Notes: generated from the letters alone by a model not told the origin. A stretch of DNA of 35,231 nucleotides from Candidatus Coprovivens sp. (GCA_051892935.1 JBJFGS010000041.1:1-35231), one strand, 5' to 3'; shown: positions 26,023 through 35,231, counted from the stretch's first letter. Numbers and translations: made by a program.

Positions 26023-28662
26023 ATGGATGATGAACAAATAGAAAATAATAACTTAATAAATGAAGAAATGAAAGAAAATAATTATTCAGATTATTTTAAA
26101 TGTGATTTACATATTCATACTAATTATTCAAGTAAAACCAAAACAAATGATTATAAAGGTGATTTTGAACTAAAAGAATTAATAAACAAAATTTCTGAAC
26201 CACAATATGATATAAAATTATTGTCTTTTACAGACCATAATATTATAAATGTACCAGCATATGAAGAATATTATAATGATAAATCCCTAAATATAGAAGA
26301 TAGATGTCTTTTAGTTGGAATTGAATTAGATATCATAGTTGAGGCTTTTTTATTAGAAAAGTTGAAAGCAAATCTTGAACATACAGAATGTGATAAGAAA
26401 AAATATCATTCACTAATAATATTTAAGAGTAATAATGCAAAAAAATTAAATGATACTCTTAACAAAATGTATAAGAATATATCTGATGAATATAATGAAA
26501 AAAATAATACTAATATTGATTTGAATGATGAAAATAAAGATTTAAAATCTAGAATAACATCTTTTGACAGATTTGCAGAATATTTTATTGATGAAGATTA
26601 TATTGTAATATCTCATGGAAAAAAAGAAGCAAATATAGTTGAAGCATATAAATCCTATAATAATGGTTTAACTGAAGCACAAGTAATGGTATTAATGGGT
26701 ATTATCAATGCTGTAGAAATGTCACCAGGCAATAATGCAAAAGTTATTAATCATTTTAATAATGGATTTCAAGCTTTGCTAAGTGAAGATTTCTCTGCAA
26801 AAAAAGAAGTGCCATATGTTGTGTTCTCTGATAATCATCAAATAAGTTGTTATCCAAAGCATGATAGTGCACAAAATTTAGAAAAAGAAATATTTACTTG
26901 GATTAAAGGAGATTTATCATTTGAAACACTAAGAATGGCATTTGTAGATCCTACAAGTAGAATTTTAGTTTCATCAGATAAACCAAATTTACCAGAAAAG
27001 TATATTGAAGAAATTAAGTTTAATACTATTAAAGATGGAATTGAAAAAGTACAAATAGTTAAATTATCGCCAGGGATAAATACGATTGTTGGTGGTAGAT
27101 CGTCAGGTAAAAGTTTATTATTTAATTCTATACTTTATTCATTATCTTCAGGAAAAGATAAAAGTAAGATTGATGATTATGTAAAGGAATCAAATAAAGT
27201 ATTAAAATTAGAAACTATTCAAAGTAAATTAAACTGTGAAGAAGAGTTCAAAGATAATAATATTTGTGAAATTAATGCTTTTACGCAGGAAGAAATAATT
27301 GAATTATTTGAAAATAATGGAGAAGGATTAAAAGAACATTTAGATTTTCATAAATTAGATGCTATTGAAATCAATGAAAAAATTAGTGCTTACAATTTAG
27401 CAATTGATCGTTTTACGAGTGCCTATTCAGATTTATTAAATAAGAAAAATGACAATAATAGCAGTCTTCCAATAACAACTTTCAAAGAGGCCTCTAAAAC
27501 ATTAACTGAAAAATATGAATATAAATCTGCAATAGAAACAATTAAAAATAATATTGATTTATCTTCTACTGAAATTGATAATGTAATAAAAAAAGTAAAT
27601 ACTGAAATTCAAAATGCTATAATAATTAAAGAATTGAAACTTAAGGAAGAACTATTATTTAATTTAGATGAATTAGAGATTATAGATAATTACATAAATA
27701 TTTTAAAAAATAAATCTGAAGAATTAAAAAAATCATATAATAAAACATATGTAAAAGAAAAATATCTAAGCAATCTAGAATCGTCATTAAATGAAATATC
27801 TAATAAATACCTTACAAGTGAAACCGAAAAAATATCTTACGCAAAAGAAAATGTTAAAAATGAATTGAGTAAAATGTATAATTATTTTAAAACAAAATTA
27901 TTTTTTAAAAAGTATGCAACTGATTTGGAGAATTTAAACATTAAAATTGATGAAAAAAATAATCAGATTTCAGATAGTTATACATTAAATACAAAAGTTG
28001 ATTGTGAAATAAATAAAGAATTTTTATATAACATTATTTCTGAAAAGATTCGTGATTTAGATAAGGAAAAATCCATTGAAAATAATTTTATTGATTTAAT
28101 GAATGATGATATAAAAATATTTAGAAAAGATAATTCTTATGAAAATGTAGTAGGATTATTTTCTCTAGTAAAAAATTCTATAAATGAATCTTTAACGCCA
28201 AAATATACAATTATTGAAAATGATAATGATATTTCTTTAAATTCAGATAATATGTCTCAAGGAAAGAAAGCTTCTATATACTTAGAGATAATATTGGAAA
28301 AATGTAAAAGTAATAATTCTATAATAATGATAGATCAACCAGAAGATAATATTGATAATGAATTTATTACAGATGTTATGATAGATAAAATAAGGGATTT
28401 AAGAATGAAAAATCAAGTTATTCTTGTAACGCATAATGCAGCAATTGCAATTAATAGTGATTCTGAGAATATTATTATTTCAGAAAATAAAGATGGGATT
28501 TTTAAGTACGACGTAGGCGGATTGGAATTAGAAAAACATCGAAAAAAAATCTGTAAATTACTTGATGGTGGTAACTATATTTTTGATAATAGATATCACA
28601 AGTATAATATTATCAATACTAAAGTATGTGAGCCGATAAGAAAGGGAGAAATAAATGAATAA
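26023..28662 (+). CDS. PHP-domain phosphoesterase fused to SMC/ABC-type ATPase (Ppl/TrlF-like defence protein)
   Basis: PHP metal ligands DLHIHT, TDHN, GIE and SDNH, plus TWIKGDLSFETLR. Walker A GGRSSGKS, coiled coil, signature MSQG, Walker B/D-loop IDQPEDNIDN, H-loop VTHNA. Confidence 0.88.
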   Translation: MDDEQIENNNLINEEMKENNYSDYFKCDLHIHTNYSSKTKTNDYKGDFELKELINKISEPQYDIKLLSFTDHNIINVPAYEEYYNDKSLNIEDRCLLVGIELDIIVEAFLLEKLKANLEHTECDKKKYHSLIIFKSNNAKKLNDTLNKMYKNISDEYNEKNNTNIDLNDENKDLKSRITSFDRFAEYFIDEDYIVISHGKKEANIVEAYKSYNNGLTEAQVMVLMGIINAVEMSPGNNAKVINHFNNGFQALLSEDFSAKKEVPYVVFSDNHQISCYPKHDSAQNLEKEIFTWIKGDLSFETLRMAFVDPTSRILVSSDKPNLPEKYIEEIKFNTIKDGIEKVQIVKLSPGINTIVGGRSSGKSLLFNSILYSLSSGKDKSKIDDYVKESNKVLKLETIQSKLNCEEEFKDNNICEINAFTQEEIIELFENNGEGLKEHLDFHKLDAIEINEKISAYNLAIDRFTSAYSDLLNKKNDNNSSLPITTFKEASKTLTEKYEYKSAIETIKNNIDLSSTEIDNVIKKVNTEIQNAIIIKELKLKEELLFNLDELEIIDNYINILKNKSEELKKSYNKTYVKEKYLSNLESSLNEISNKYLTSETEKISYAKENVKNELSKMYNYFKTKLFFKKYATDLENLNIKIDEKNNQISDSYTLNTKVDCEINKEFLYNIISEKIRDLDKEKSIENNFIDLMNDDIKIFRKDNSYENVVGLFSLVKNSINESLTPKYTIIENDNDISLNSDNMSQGKKASIYLEIILEKCKSNNSIIMIDQPEDNIDNEFITDVMIDKIRDLRMKNQVILVTHNAAIAINSDSENIIISENKDGIFKYDVGGLELEKHRKKICKLLDGGNYIFDNRYHKYNIINTKVCEPIRKGEINE

Positions 28663-28945
28663 TAATATGGTTTTAAAAACCGAAGATGGAAAAATAATTA
28701 GCATAGAGTTTAATAATAAAAAATATGAGTATTCAACTGATTCTTTATCAATAGACACTAGTTCATTAATTAAAGATTTAGCGGATAGTGAATTAGTTGA
28801 AGAAATAGAAATAGATGATCAATCAATTATTGATTATCAGGTAGATAATGAAGTGACAGCAGAATTCAATGAATTACATAAATTCTTAAAAAATATTCCT
28901 AAAGCATATAATAAAGCGGTAAATGAAATGTTAAGTTTGGAATAA
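28655..28945 (+). CDS. Small acidic hypothetical protein translationally coupled to the PHP-ATPase
   Basis: ATGAATAA start/stop overlap, AAGGGAG RBS, 96 aa. Confidence 0.75.
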   Translation: MNNNMVLKTEDGKIISIEFNNKKYEYSTDSLSIDTSSLIKDLADSELVEEIEIDDQSIIDYQVDNEVTAEFNELHKFLKNIPKAYNKAVNEMLSLE

Positions 28946-28967
28946 TTAAAATAGCTGATAAGTATTT

Positions 28968-28994
28968 CTACCCATCAGCTACCCATCAAATTGA
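28968..28994 (+). repeat. Right integrase arm-type binding repeats
   Basis: CTACCCATCAGCTACCCATCAAATTGA; 25/27 identical to 13158-13184. Confidence 0.8.
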
Positions 28995-29094
28995 ACTAAA
29001 TTTATCAATTTTTAGTTAAATTTTATTAAACTCTATATGAGTTGTATGTCGGTATTACAGGGCTTTTCAACAAGCCTCTTTTTTGATGTAATAG

Positions 29095-29126
29095 CCCCCT
29101 GAAAGATCTGAAAGGGCTCCATTTTT
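29095..29126 (+). repeat. attR (right terminal direct repeat; degenerate sRNA 3' end)
   Basis: CCCCCTGAAAGATCTGAAAGGGCTCCATTTTT. Confidence 0.75.
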
Positions 29127-29190
29127 ATGTCTTTATGTATGTTATATATGTTATAATCTTTATAGTATATAATAAATAGTTGGTGGTAAC

Positions 29191-30852
29191 ATGAGTAATA
29201 CAGGTTTAATTAAGAATTTTACATTAGAAAATGGTTATTCTTTTGAAGCATATATTCCAAATAATGTTAATTCTGATACGAAAATAATAATTTATGAACA
29301 TGGTGATGGTGGATATACTTCAGATTGGGATAGATTTACACCTCAATTTAATAGTGGTTTGTGTAATGCAATAGTAATTCATGCCGATAGAAAATATACT
29401 ACTGATTTAGCAGCTTGTGTTGCTAGTCAATATAATATAAATATAGATAATGCTATACCTGTAGGTTTTAGTGGTGGTGGAGTTTATGCTTGTTATTCAG
29501 CAGCTGATATTGCTTCACAAAGTACATCGGGAGAACCAAATTTAGCAGTTTTATTAGAAGGTTCTTGTCCTTTTTATTATTTAGAGAGTCAAGGTGTAGT
29601 TGATGCTTATAAGAATAATAATACTGTATTTTTATATTTTGAAAACGATTCAGGATATCAACAAACACAATATGCTAAGGCGATGGCAGAATCTGGGGTT
29701 AATGTTTTAATTTTCGAAGATTATGTTGCAAATGGTCACACTGATATAAGTGCTAGTTTTATAACCTCTGGTTTATTAGATTTTGCAATAGGTGAAGGAG
29801 CATTGCCAGAAAGATACGTTATTAAAGCTTACAATAAAGATGAAGGATGGCATATTGTTGATCCATCTACTATAACAAATATTGATTTGATTTATAACTT
29901 ATTTGGGTTAGAAACTGGTACAGTAGTAGAATTAACAAATTATACTTTAGCAGATTTAGCAAAATTAAAAGATTTAACTTTGAATTCTAGTCAGAAAGAT
30001 TTAGAAAGATATTTAAATGGTATTAGGGGAGCGATAAGAAGTACTAGTATTTCGACAGCGGGGATTACAGGGGGATTTTCTAGTACAACAATGATGCCTA
30101 GTCAAGTACCTGCAATTGTTAGTAGATATATAGAATCTACAACTAGTTTTTTATCAAAGTTAGCTAATGAAACTGATCAATTTGCAATGATTGGTGAATC
30201 AATTAAAAGAATGGATTTTAATTTAGAAAGATTAGCTAAAGAAATAAATAATATAGATATTGTTTCAGCTGTATATGGCAATTCTAGTCAAACTACAACA
30301 GATGTATCTAATAATGGAAATAATAAAGATAGTGATGTTGTGTCAACACTTAATGAGGTTATTAAAGAAGGTACAACATCTAATAATACTGCTTGGTCTG
30401 CAGCTAGTTCTATTACTAATTCGAACACTACTCCGAGTGTTTCTCAAAGTAGTGGAAATTATATTTCTGGTAATAATGATAAAACTTATATTACAAGTGG
30501 TGTTGTTGAAGAAAAGAATGAAAAGTTATATGAGTTTTATGATTATGATGATCTTGTAACTAATGATGAAAGATTAGTAGTGGAGTGTTTTGAAGGTTAT
30601 AAGATTGTTGTTCATAATGAAAATGGTAGTATTACGGGTGTTGAACATTATTACGATTTTGGTACTGAAAGTAATGCTAATAATATGTTATCTAGTATTA
30701 AAGCAAAATATGAAGATAAGTACTTTTTTGAAGAAGTATTGCAAGAAGGACAATATATTAAAGTTATTTTAAATAATGATGTTTATAAAGATTATACTAT
30801 TTCAAGTTTAGAAGAATTATATTCTAAAGTTAATGGGTATGCAAAAGTATAG
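29191..30852 (+). CDS. Multidomain protein: N-terminal alpha/beta-hydrolase-like domain, helical middle region, S/T/N-rich linker, C-terminal domain
   Basis: HGDGG oxyanion-like motif, GFSGGG nucleophile elbow, later GHT His; no signal peptide. Confidence 0.6.
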   Translation: MSNTGLIKNFTLENGYSFEAYIPNNVNSDTKIIIYEHGDGGYTSDWDRFTPQFNSGLCNAIVIHADRKYTTDLAACVASQYNINIDNAIPVGFSGGGVYACYSAADIASQSTSGEPNLAVLLEGSCPFYYLESQGVVDAYKNNNTVFLYFENDSGYQQTQYAKAMAESGVNVLIFEDYVANGHTDISASFITSGLLDFAIGEGALPERYVIKAYNKDEGWHIVDPSTITNIDLIYNLFGLETGTVVELTNYTLADLAKLKDLTLNSSQKDLERYLNGIRGAIRSTSISTAGITGGFSSTTMMPSQVPAIVSRYIESTTSFLSKLANETDQFAMIGESIKRMDFNLERLAKEINNIDIVSAVYGNSSQTTTDVSNNGNNKDSDVVSTLNEVIKEGTTSNNTAWSAASSITNSNTTPSVSQSSGNYISGNNDKTYITSGVVEEKNEKLYEFYDYDDLVTNDERLVVECFEGYKIVVHNENGSITGVEHYYDFGTESNANNMLSSIKAKYEDKYFFEEVLQEGQYIKVILNNDVYKDYTISSLEELYSKVNGYAKV

Positions 30853-30863
30853 GTGGTGTTTTT

Positions 30864-31469
30864 ATGGCTAAAGCAGTAAAAAGTGAATTATCAGGAGGAA
30901 GTATTGCAGGAATGATTTCTTTATTAGAAGGAGAAGCAACGAATACTGATAATTTGATAAGTTCAATAAATAGTTTTATAAATGATTCTACTACTACTTT
31001 GATTGGTGAGAGTTATAATGCTGTACGTCAAAAACTTGGATTATATTTGCAAGATGTTCAAACGCGTCAGAAGATATCTGCAGAATTAGCATCTGCTATT
31101 TCACAAGGTGCAGCATCATTAGCATCTTATATGGAAGAATTTGCTGTTTTGGATGATTCAGAAATTCAAGATATTGAGAGTGAAATTAATACTCTTAATA
31201 CACAGATTTCTAATGCACGGGCTACCATAAGTAGATTATCATCAACGAGTGATGAGGGAACGACAATTGATACGTCTACTTATACACAACAAATAATTAG
31301 TTGGGAAGCAACAAAAACTGAATTAGAAAGAAAATTAGATAAACTTATTAATTTAGGCGGAGCTGATTCTTCAGCATTTGGACAAGTACAATCTTTGGCT
31401 GGTGAAGTTGCAAAATATGGGGCATCAGTTGATGGAATTCAAGTTAGTTCAATTACTTTGAATTCTTAG
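30864..31469 (+). CDS. LXG/WXG100-like helical protein (putative type VII secretion substrate)
   Basis: Helix-turn-helix layout with central L-I-G-E-S-Y-N-A turn resembling the LxG motif; coiled coil; no signal peptide. Confidence 0.5.
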   Translation: MAKAVKSELSGGSIAGMISLLEGEATNTDNLISSINSFINDSTTTLIGESYNAVRQKLGLYLQDVQTRQKISAELASAISQGAASLASYMEEFAVLDDSEIQDIESEINTLNTQISNARATISRLSSTSDEGTTIDTSTYTQQIISWEATKTELERKLDKLINLGGADSSAFGQVQSLAGEVAKYGASVDGIQVSSITLNS

Positions 31470-31485
31470 AAAGCCGGTGCTATTA

Positions 31486-31866
31486 ATGAATCTGGAAGGT
31501 ATTGTCTTAGAAAAAGATGAACAATCATCGAATGAAAAAAGAAAAAGAAAAATAAATAATGTAACCAAAAGAATAGATGCAGAGAATGAAAAAAAAGTTT
31601 TGTTAGAGCAATTACAAATAGAATTTTCATTAATAAATAAAAGTGTTGCTAGATGTGTAGATTTAATGTCTTCTGCGATACAAAGTGAAAAAACACCTAC
31701 ATTGTATGAAGATTTGCATAATTTAAATAATAGATTATATAAAGAATCTTGTCAAAATTTTGAAAGAGATTTATCTGATGTTAATGAAAAATTAAATAAG
31801 TGTTATGAAGAATTAAAAAGAATAAAAGATTCTGAAGATAGAGAAAAGAAAACATCTGATTTTTAA
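31486..31866 (+). CDS. Small coiled-coil hypothetical protein (possible T7SS chaperone-like)
   Basis: All-helical 126-129 aa ORF directly downstream of the LXG-like gene. Confidence 0.55.
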   Translation: MNLEGIVLEKDEQSSNEKRKRKINNVTKRIDAENEKKVLLEQLQIEFSLINKSVARCVDLMSSAIQSEKTPTLYEDLHNLNNRLYKESCQNFERDLSDVNEKLNKCYEELKRIKDSEDREKKTSDF

Positions 31867-31888
31867 GTGTGATTGAAATCACACTTTT
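31865..31888 (+). terminator. Intrinsic terminator
   Basis: AAGTGTGATT-GA-AATCACACTT stem followed by short T-run. Confidence 0.6.
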
Positions 31889-32187
31889 AAAATATCTTAA
31901 AATAAGAGAAATAAAGTATACCAAATCTATTCTTTTAATGTGTTTAGTTAGATAATTTATTCCTTTGTAAATTCTGTTATGACTATAAATTTTTTCATTT
32001 TATTTGTTGTATGTTAATTTATATTGTTAATATCGTTTTTTAAAATAGGATTATATTGTGAAAATGAAAAGCAAGAAAGGATTTTTATGAATAATAATTT
32101 TTTTGTTAAAAGGTTGTTAATATTATTATTCAATATAATTATTAAACTTATGTTATAATAATGCGTAAAGATTGGGGATATTTTGGT

Positions 32188-33174
32188 ATGAAAAAGATAC
32201 ATGAAAGTAAAAATAATAAAAAATTTAATGCTACTGTTGATAAAGTACATGAAGAAATGGAAAGTGTAAAAGAATTAATAGGTGATTGGAGTTTACGTTG
32301 GGAAGAAAAATATTTCGATGTATATTGTTATGATTTGCAATTTTTATTAGAAGATGATATTGATTTATTGGAAAGTAAATATGATGGTACTTATGATTTA
32401 AGTAGATGTTATGATGATTCTAAAAGAGAAGGTCAAGCTTTAGAAAGAGTTGTATTAGAAGATTATTGTGGGGAAGAATATAATTGTGAATTTAGAGGAG
32501 TAAAATGGGAATTATATAATAGTAGATTGTTTAGAAAATTTATTTTTTATAGTAATGGTGATGTAGTTTATTCACAGCACAAAAGAAAAAGGACTTCTTC
32601 GGATCAAAGTTATGATTATTCTGCTAATTATAATATAAATCATAATAATCTTTATTTAATTCTTAAAAACGCATTGGATAAATTTAGTTTAGTTATAGAT
32701 GGTGAAAAAAGAGGTTTATTTGTTAATGGTATTGTAATTAGTGAAAATGAAAGTAATATAGAAATAACAGAAAGTAAGAATGATGTATCTAGTTATACTA
32801 TTAATTTAAATTCTTATGGTCAAGTAGAGTCGAGAGTTTATGTAACTAATGATGATACTTATATATTTTCTAATGGTGAATTGATTGATGCTTATAGAAT
32901 TGTTGGCCAAGATAAAGTTGAATTAAATATTAGTGAAGAAAGTTTGGAAACATTGAAGCAGAAGATTGCTAATTTTGCTTTTGGTTTAGTAGATGATTAT
33001 AGTGTGTTAGATGAATTATCAAAATTAAAATATAAGCTAATTAATGCTATAAAGTCAATTAAAGGTGATGTTGTTGCTGATGGTTTATTAAGAAGAATTG
33101 ATATAGCACTTTCGATGATTAATACTAATAAAAAATCTATATTAGCTGATACTAAAGAATTAAAGAAAAAATAG
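32188..33174 (+). CDS. Hypothetical protein
   Basis: Long ORF; ATG32188 after GGGGA RBS and TGTTATAAT extended -10; no family recognised. Confidence 0.7.
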   Translation: MKKIHESKNNKKFNATVDKVHEEMESVKELIGDWSLRWEEKYFDVYCYDLQFLLEDDIDLLESKYDGTYDLSRCYDDSKREGQALERVVLEDYCGEEYNCEFRGVKWELYNSRLFRKFIFYSNGDVVYSQHKRKRTSSDQSYDYSANYNINHNNLYLILKNALDKFSLVIDGEKRGLFVNGIVISENESNIEITESKNDVSSYTINLNSYGQVESRVYVTNDDTYIFSNGELIDAYRIVGQDKVELNISEESLETLKQKIANFAFGLVDDYSVLDELSKLKYKLINAIKSIKGDVVADGLLRRIDIALSMINTNKKSILADTKELKKK

Positions 33175-33283
33175 TATTTTAATTAGAAAAACTTTATAAT
33201 AGTTGTATATATAAAATAGATGAATTAAATGATGATGTTATGTATATTTAGTTATTTTAAGATACTAGAAATTTTTGAATACG

Positions 33284-33318
33284 AAAATAAGAAAAATTAG
33301 TTTTTCTTATTTTTTTTT
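33284..33318. terminator. Possible terminator
   Basis: AAAATAAGAAAAA-TTAG-TTTTTCTTATTTT plus T-run. Confidence 0.5.
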
Positions 33319-33414
33319 AATAATATCGACTTTAAATTTAGAAAATTCAACTATAAATTGATTGTTATTAAAAGTCTTTTTTTTTAAAATGTTTTTTGTA
33401 AAGGAGGTGTTTGT

Positions 33415-34116
33415 ATGAAGAAAAGAATTTTTATATTTTTAATATTAATATTGTTTTTCATATCAGGTTGTAGTATTAAAGAAAATTCTGAAAATGAAAA
33501 TATTAATAAATTTAAAGAAGATTATGAATCTTTAAATGGGAAGATTACAAGCTCTGGGAAAAATTTTCGTAATTTATCAATTGATGAAGAAAATCCATTT
33601 GTATATATTACTGCAGATGATTTGTTGAAAAAGATAGAAAATAACGAGTCTTTTTATGTTTACTTTGGTTCTAAAAAATGCCCATGGTGTAGAAGTGTAA
33701 TAGAAGTAGCTATTTATATGGCAAAAGAAAATAAAGTATATTATGTTGATATTTGGGATGATGAAGGAAATGAAATATTAAGAGATAAATACTCTATAAA
33801 TGAAGATGGAGAGTTAGAAAAAATAATTGATGGTACTGATGCCTATTATAGGTTACTTGAGTTATTTGATGAATATCTTGAAGATTATACTTTAACAGAT
33901 TATGAAGGTAAAAATATAAAAGTTGGAGAAAAGAGAATTTATGCACCAAATTTTATATATATTTCTGATGGAAGAGTTAAAAATTTAGTAACAGGAATAT
34001 ATGAAAAACAGAAAGATGCATATGATGAATTGAATGATGAAATATTAGAAGATGAAAAAGGAATATTTAACGAGTTTTTTTCATCACATTTATTTTGCTC
34101 TGATACTATATGTTAA
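33415..34116 (+). CDS. Thioredoxin-fold lipoprotein (CxxC)
   Basis: Lipobox ISG-C, VYFGSKKCPWCR redox motif, cis-Pro-like YAPNF; AAAGGAGGTG RBS. Confidence 0.8.
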   Translation: MKKRIFIFLILILFFISGCSIKENSENENINKFKEDYESLNGKITSSGKNFRNLSIDEENPFVYITADDLLKKIENNESFYVYFGSKKCPWCRSVIEVAIYMAKENKVYYVDIWDDEGNEILRDKYSINEDGELEKIIDGTDAYYRLLELFDEYLEDYTLTDYEGKNIKVGEKRIYAPNFIYISDGRVKNLVTGIYEKQKDAYDELNDEILEDEKGIFNEFFSSHLFCSDTIC

Positions 34117-34171
34117 TTATTAATATGTCTTTTAATATATGATATACTAATTATAGTAGGAGATGTTGTAA

Positions 34172-35074
34172 ATGAAAAAGAAAATAGGATATATTTTAAT
34201 TGTTCTATTATGTAGTATATTATTTTTGTTGTTAGGAATAGGTATTGGAAAAAGGAATAATTCTAGTGATAAATGTGAAAAAGAAATAATAAAAGAAGAA
34301 GGAAAAGAAGAAAATGTTTCTTCTGAAGATTTGTTTATTGGTAATTTTGATGAGAAATTTAAAGTATCTGAAATCTATAGTACTAATGATTATTTTGTTA
34401 TTGCTGGATATAGACAAAATTCTTCTAATGAAGAGATACAGAGTATTTATGTTTTTGATATGTTTGGAAAATTAATAAAAAATATTGATAATGCACATTA
34501 TATAGATAAAGTGAATATTGGGAATGATATTGGTTATCAAATAGATATAGAATTAGGTAGAGGTGGTGAGCATTCTACTACTTATATATTAAATGAAGAA
34601 TTTGAAATTATTCTAGAATCTTCAAAATTACCTGAAGAATTTGAAGGAATGGATAATGGATTATTTACTCCACGCTATAATAGTGATGGTACTATTTCTG
34701 TAATGATTAATGATATTTATGTTTATGATTATGATGGAAATTTGATTAAAACTATTAAGAATGAAAATGAATTTATTAAAGGAATAACTAAAGATTATTA
34801 TTTAATTAATGAAAATGGTAAAATCAGTTTAGTAAAAATTGCTGATGGTAGTAAATTATTAGTTTTAAACAAAAAGAATGCTAATATTGCGTATTTACCT
34901 ATTAGTGGTGCAGCACCTTTGATTTATTGGGATGAAGATGAATTAGTTGTTTATATTGTAGAAGATGAAGAAAATAATCGAGATATTGCTAGTATTTATA
35001 AATTTAAGGAGAAAAATGGTAAATTAGTACAAATTAGTAAAGAAACTGATGTAGAAGTTGGAGATTGGTATTGA
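34172..35074 (+). CDS. Membrane-anchored/secreted beta-rich hypothetical protein
   Basis: N-terminal signal/TM; repeated YVFDMFGKLIKNI / YVYDYDGNLIKTI beta-propeller-like blades. Confidence 0.7.
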   Translation: MKKKIGYILIVLLCSILFLLLGIGIGKRNNSSDKCEKEIIKEEGKEENVSSEDLFIGNFDEKFKVSEIYSTNDYFVIAGYRQNSSNEEIQSIYVFDMFGKLIKNIDNAHYIDKVNIGNDIGYQIDIELGRGGEHSTTYILNEEFEIILESSKLPEEFEGMDNGLFTPRYNSDGTISVMINDIYVYDYDGNLIKTIKNENEFIKGITKDYYLINENGKISLVKIADGSKLLVLNKKNANIAYLPISGAAPLIYWDEDELVVYIVEDEENNRDIASIYKFKEKNGKLVQISKETDVEVGDWY

Positions 35075-35120
35075 TAATAAAAAAATACATTTTCCAAAAT
35101 AATGTGATATAATTTTAATA

Positions 35121-35206
35121 TATCTTATAAAGAGTGATGGAGGGACTAGCCCTTAGAAGTCACACCAACCTATTAAATTAGGTGGTAAAGCTAGAACGAT
35201 AAGATA
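35121..35206 (+). ncRNA. SAM-I (S-box) riboswitch aptamer
   Basis: P1 ATCTTAT/ATAAGAT, AAGAG..GGAGGGACTAGCCC..GAAG kink-turn P2, CAACC...GGTG P3, pseudoknot CTAG/CTAG; TGATATAAT extended -10 just upstream. The regulated gene lies beyond the window. Confidence 0.9.
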
Positions 35207-35231
35207 ACTTTAGTACTCAAGGTTATCTTGG

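Larger units (their letters stand above)
13087..29126. mobile_element. Integrative mobilizable element (~16 kb; tyrosine integrase + MobV relaxase) with defence cargo
   Basis: Imperfect terminal direct repeats, arm-type repeats inside both ends, integrase at the left end, xis/repressor/relaxase backbone; no T4SS or phage structural genes. Confidence 0.88.

Noticed and set aside
22903-34417. Remaining short ORFs (22903, 24123, 24542, 25053, 28558, 29468, 30260, 30590, 32014, 34232)
   Set aside because: Antisense or alternate-frame overlaps with larger genes or promoters; no independent support.

Overview
Very AT-rich bacterial chromosome segment using genetic code 11 (TGA is a stop, TGG is Trp). 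Gene content and GGAGG/GGTG-type RBSs suggest a low-GC Bacillota lineage, possibly an RF39-like Bacilli (inference only). The left flank is housekeeping: a TagO/WecA-type transferase, a HAD-GtrA fusion, a lysozyme-like membrane protein, PFOR (nifJ), recG and a lipoprotein. The centre (~13087-29126, ~16 kb) is an integrative mobilizable element. It has a tyrosine integrase, tandem TACCCATCA arm-type repeats inside both ends, and an imperfect ~31-bp terminal duplication. Its backbone is XRE repressor / HTH / Xis-like / AAA_25 ATPase / MobV relaxase. Its defence-type cargo is two Fic-HTH genes, a type III R-M system, a T5orf172 GIY-YIG protein, and a PHP-ABC ATPase (Ppl-like) with a coupled 96-aa ORF. 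The element is inserted in the 3' end of an unannotated ~95-nt C-rich small RNA rather than a tRNA. A second candidate sRNA of the same architecture at ~9023-9124 carries the complementary G-rich sequence. Each Fic gene is bracketed by its own duplicated DNA motif. The right flank has a T7SS-substrate-like (LXG/WXG-like) three-gene cluster, membrane/lipoproteins, and a compact SAM-I riboswitch at the window end.
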